Source: Lingula anatina
Lineage: Eukaryota > Animalia > Brachiopoda
Direction: 5' to 3'
Assembly (NCBI GenBank): GCA_051362555.1
Contig: CM120643.1
Span: forward strand, 9,114,001-9,178,000
DNA length: 64,000 nt
This document shows positions 63,024-64,000 of this stretch, one piece after another. The first letter of the stretch is position 1; the number at the start of each line of letters is the position of its first letter. The notes beneath the pieces were generated by a model. The model was not told where the DNA came from. It saw nothing but the letters and a program-made list of their open reading frames with translations, and ran no database searches. A program made the translations under genes and the position numbers.

Positions 63024-63281
63024 TAGTGGCGGATTTGGGGGGGGGGGGGGGTCAGGGGGTCCTGCCTCCCCCCTTCGATTTCTGAAAAAAATCACACCAA
63101 TTTTGTATAGCTGAATCATAGTTCTAAACCGTACCAAATGGCACTATGCGCCCTCTAAAATACTAAAATGTTATGGGGCCATTCACCGAGCCCGGAACCT
63201 ACGCCAAGTGGGGGGAGAGGGGAGGGGCTCTGCTTCGCATCTGCGGACCCCCCCCCCTCAAATGTCCTGGATCCGCCCTTG
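63024..63281. mobile_element. MITE, same family as 15661-15904
   Basis: tgacg|tagtggcggattt ... tggatccgcccttg|tgacg. Confidence 0.78.
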
Positions 63282-64000
63282 TGACGTTTAACCAGGGGTA
63301 AAATCATCGCTTTTATTGAAAAAACAATACACCAAGATTATTCCGGTTACTCTGTTTTCAAAACGTCTATTGCTGATATTGAAACTATTGTATCGCTTTA
63401 AATAGTAATAGCGTAATCACGATGGCAGAAAAATTGATTTGTTATTCTAAGTAGAATCTGTATGTGTATTATGTCATGCGGTGAATCTCTGCAAGACAAA
63501 ATTTGCGTTAGACCTTTATAATGTATAGTAAAATCATGATTTTAATGATACTGATGATAGAAATAAAGTAGCAGATTATCCTTTATGCCAAGTTATACTT
63601 TATAAAATTTATTGATATAATCATTATCTATAAACTAGTTTTCGAGTTCTGAATTATTTTATTTACACCGTCTTGGGTGCAATTCGCCAGTCTGTGCAGC
63701 TGTACCCCTGTATCTTCATTAAGAGTGACTCAAAATCTAGGAAATTAGAACTAATAAGCAAGCATTTTTTCATCAGAAGTTTTGAATACATGTAGTACAC
63801 ACTAGTAGTGAAGGCTACCTTGGGAATAAAGGGGAAAAGTGTTGAAATTTCTCTGAATATTTAAGTTTGTACACAAAGGTCTAACGCTGGTGTGTGTCTT
63901 TAAATTTATTGTTAAAAAAGCTAAACAAATAAAAAAATGGACTGTAACATTTTTAAAGTGAAAAACTGACTTGCATTAAATATAAAAATCAAGTTTACAT

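Overview
AT-rich (roughly 35-40% GC by eye), intron-rich animal genomic DNA, probably a marine invertebrate (lophotrochozoan or deuterostome; not determinable from the window). Seven genes were reconstructed by reading splice sites and checking frame: (1) the 3' part of a vWA gene resembling the linker+vWA segment of complement factor B/C2 but with no protease domain; (2) a complete 11-exon M19 membrane dipeptidase (- strand); (3) an APAF-1-like NB-ARC/WD40 STAND protein encoded almost entirely by one 4.6-kb exon, with no visible N-terminal effector domain; (4) a ~1,780-aa secreted, probably GPI-anchored protein with a prokineticin/colipase-like Cys domain and a very long acidic repeat stalk; (5,6) two tandem, divergent SLC15/POT transporter paralogs with identical 10-exon structure and no ExxER motif; (7) the 5' part of a theta/delta-like GST. 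There are also two decayed Tc1 transposons, several MITE families and microsatellites. The most unusual structure is a 2.6-kb array in a dipeptidase intron: 33 extra copies of the last 38 nt of a coding exon plus its splice donor, each with a new AG in front and separated by (TAA)n spacers, i.e. a battery of potential poison micro-exons or decoy donors.
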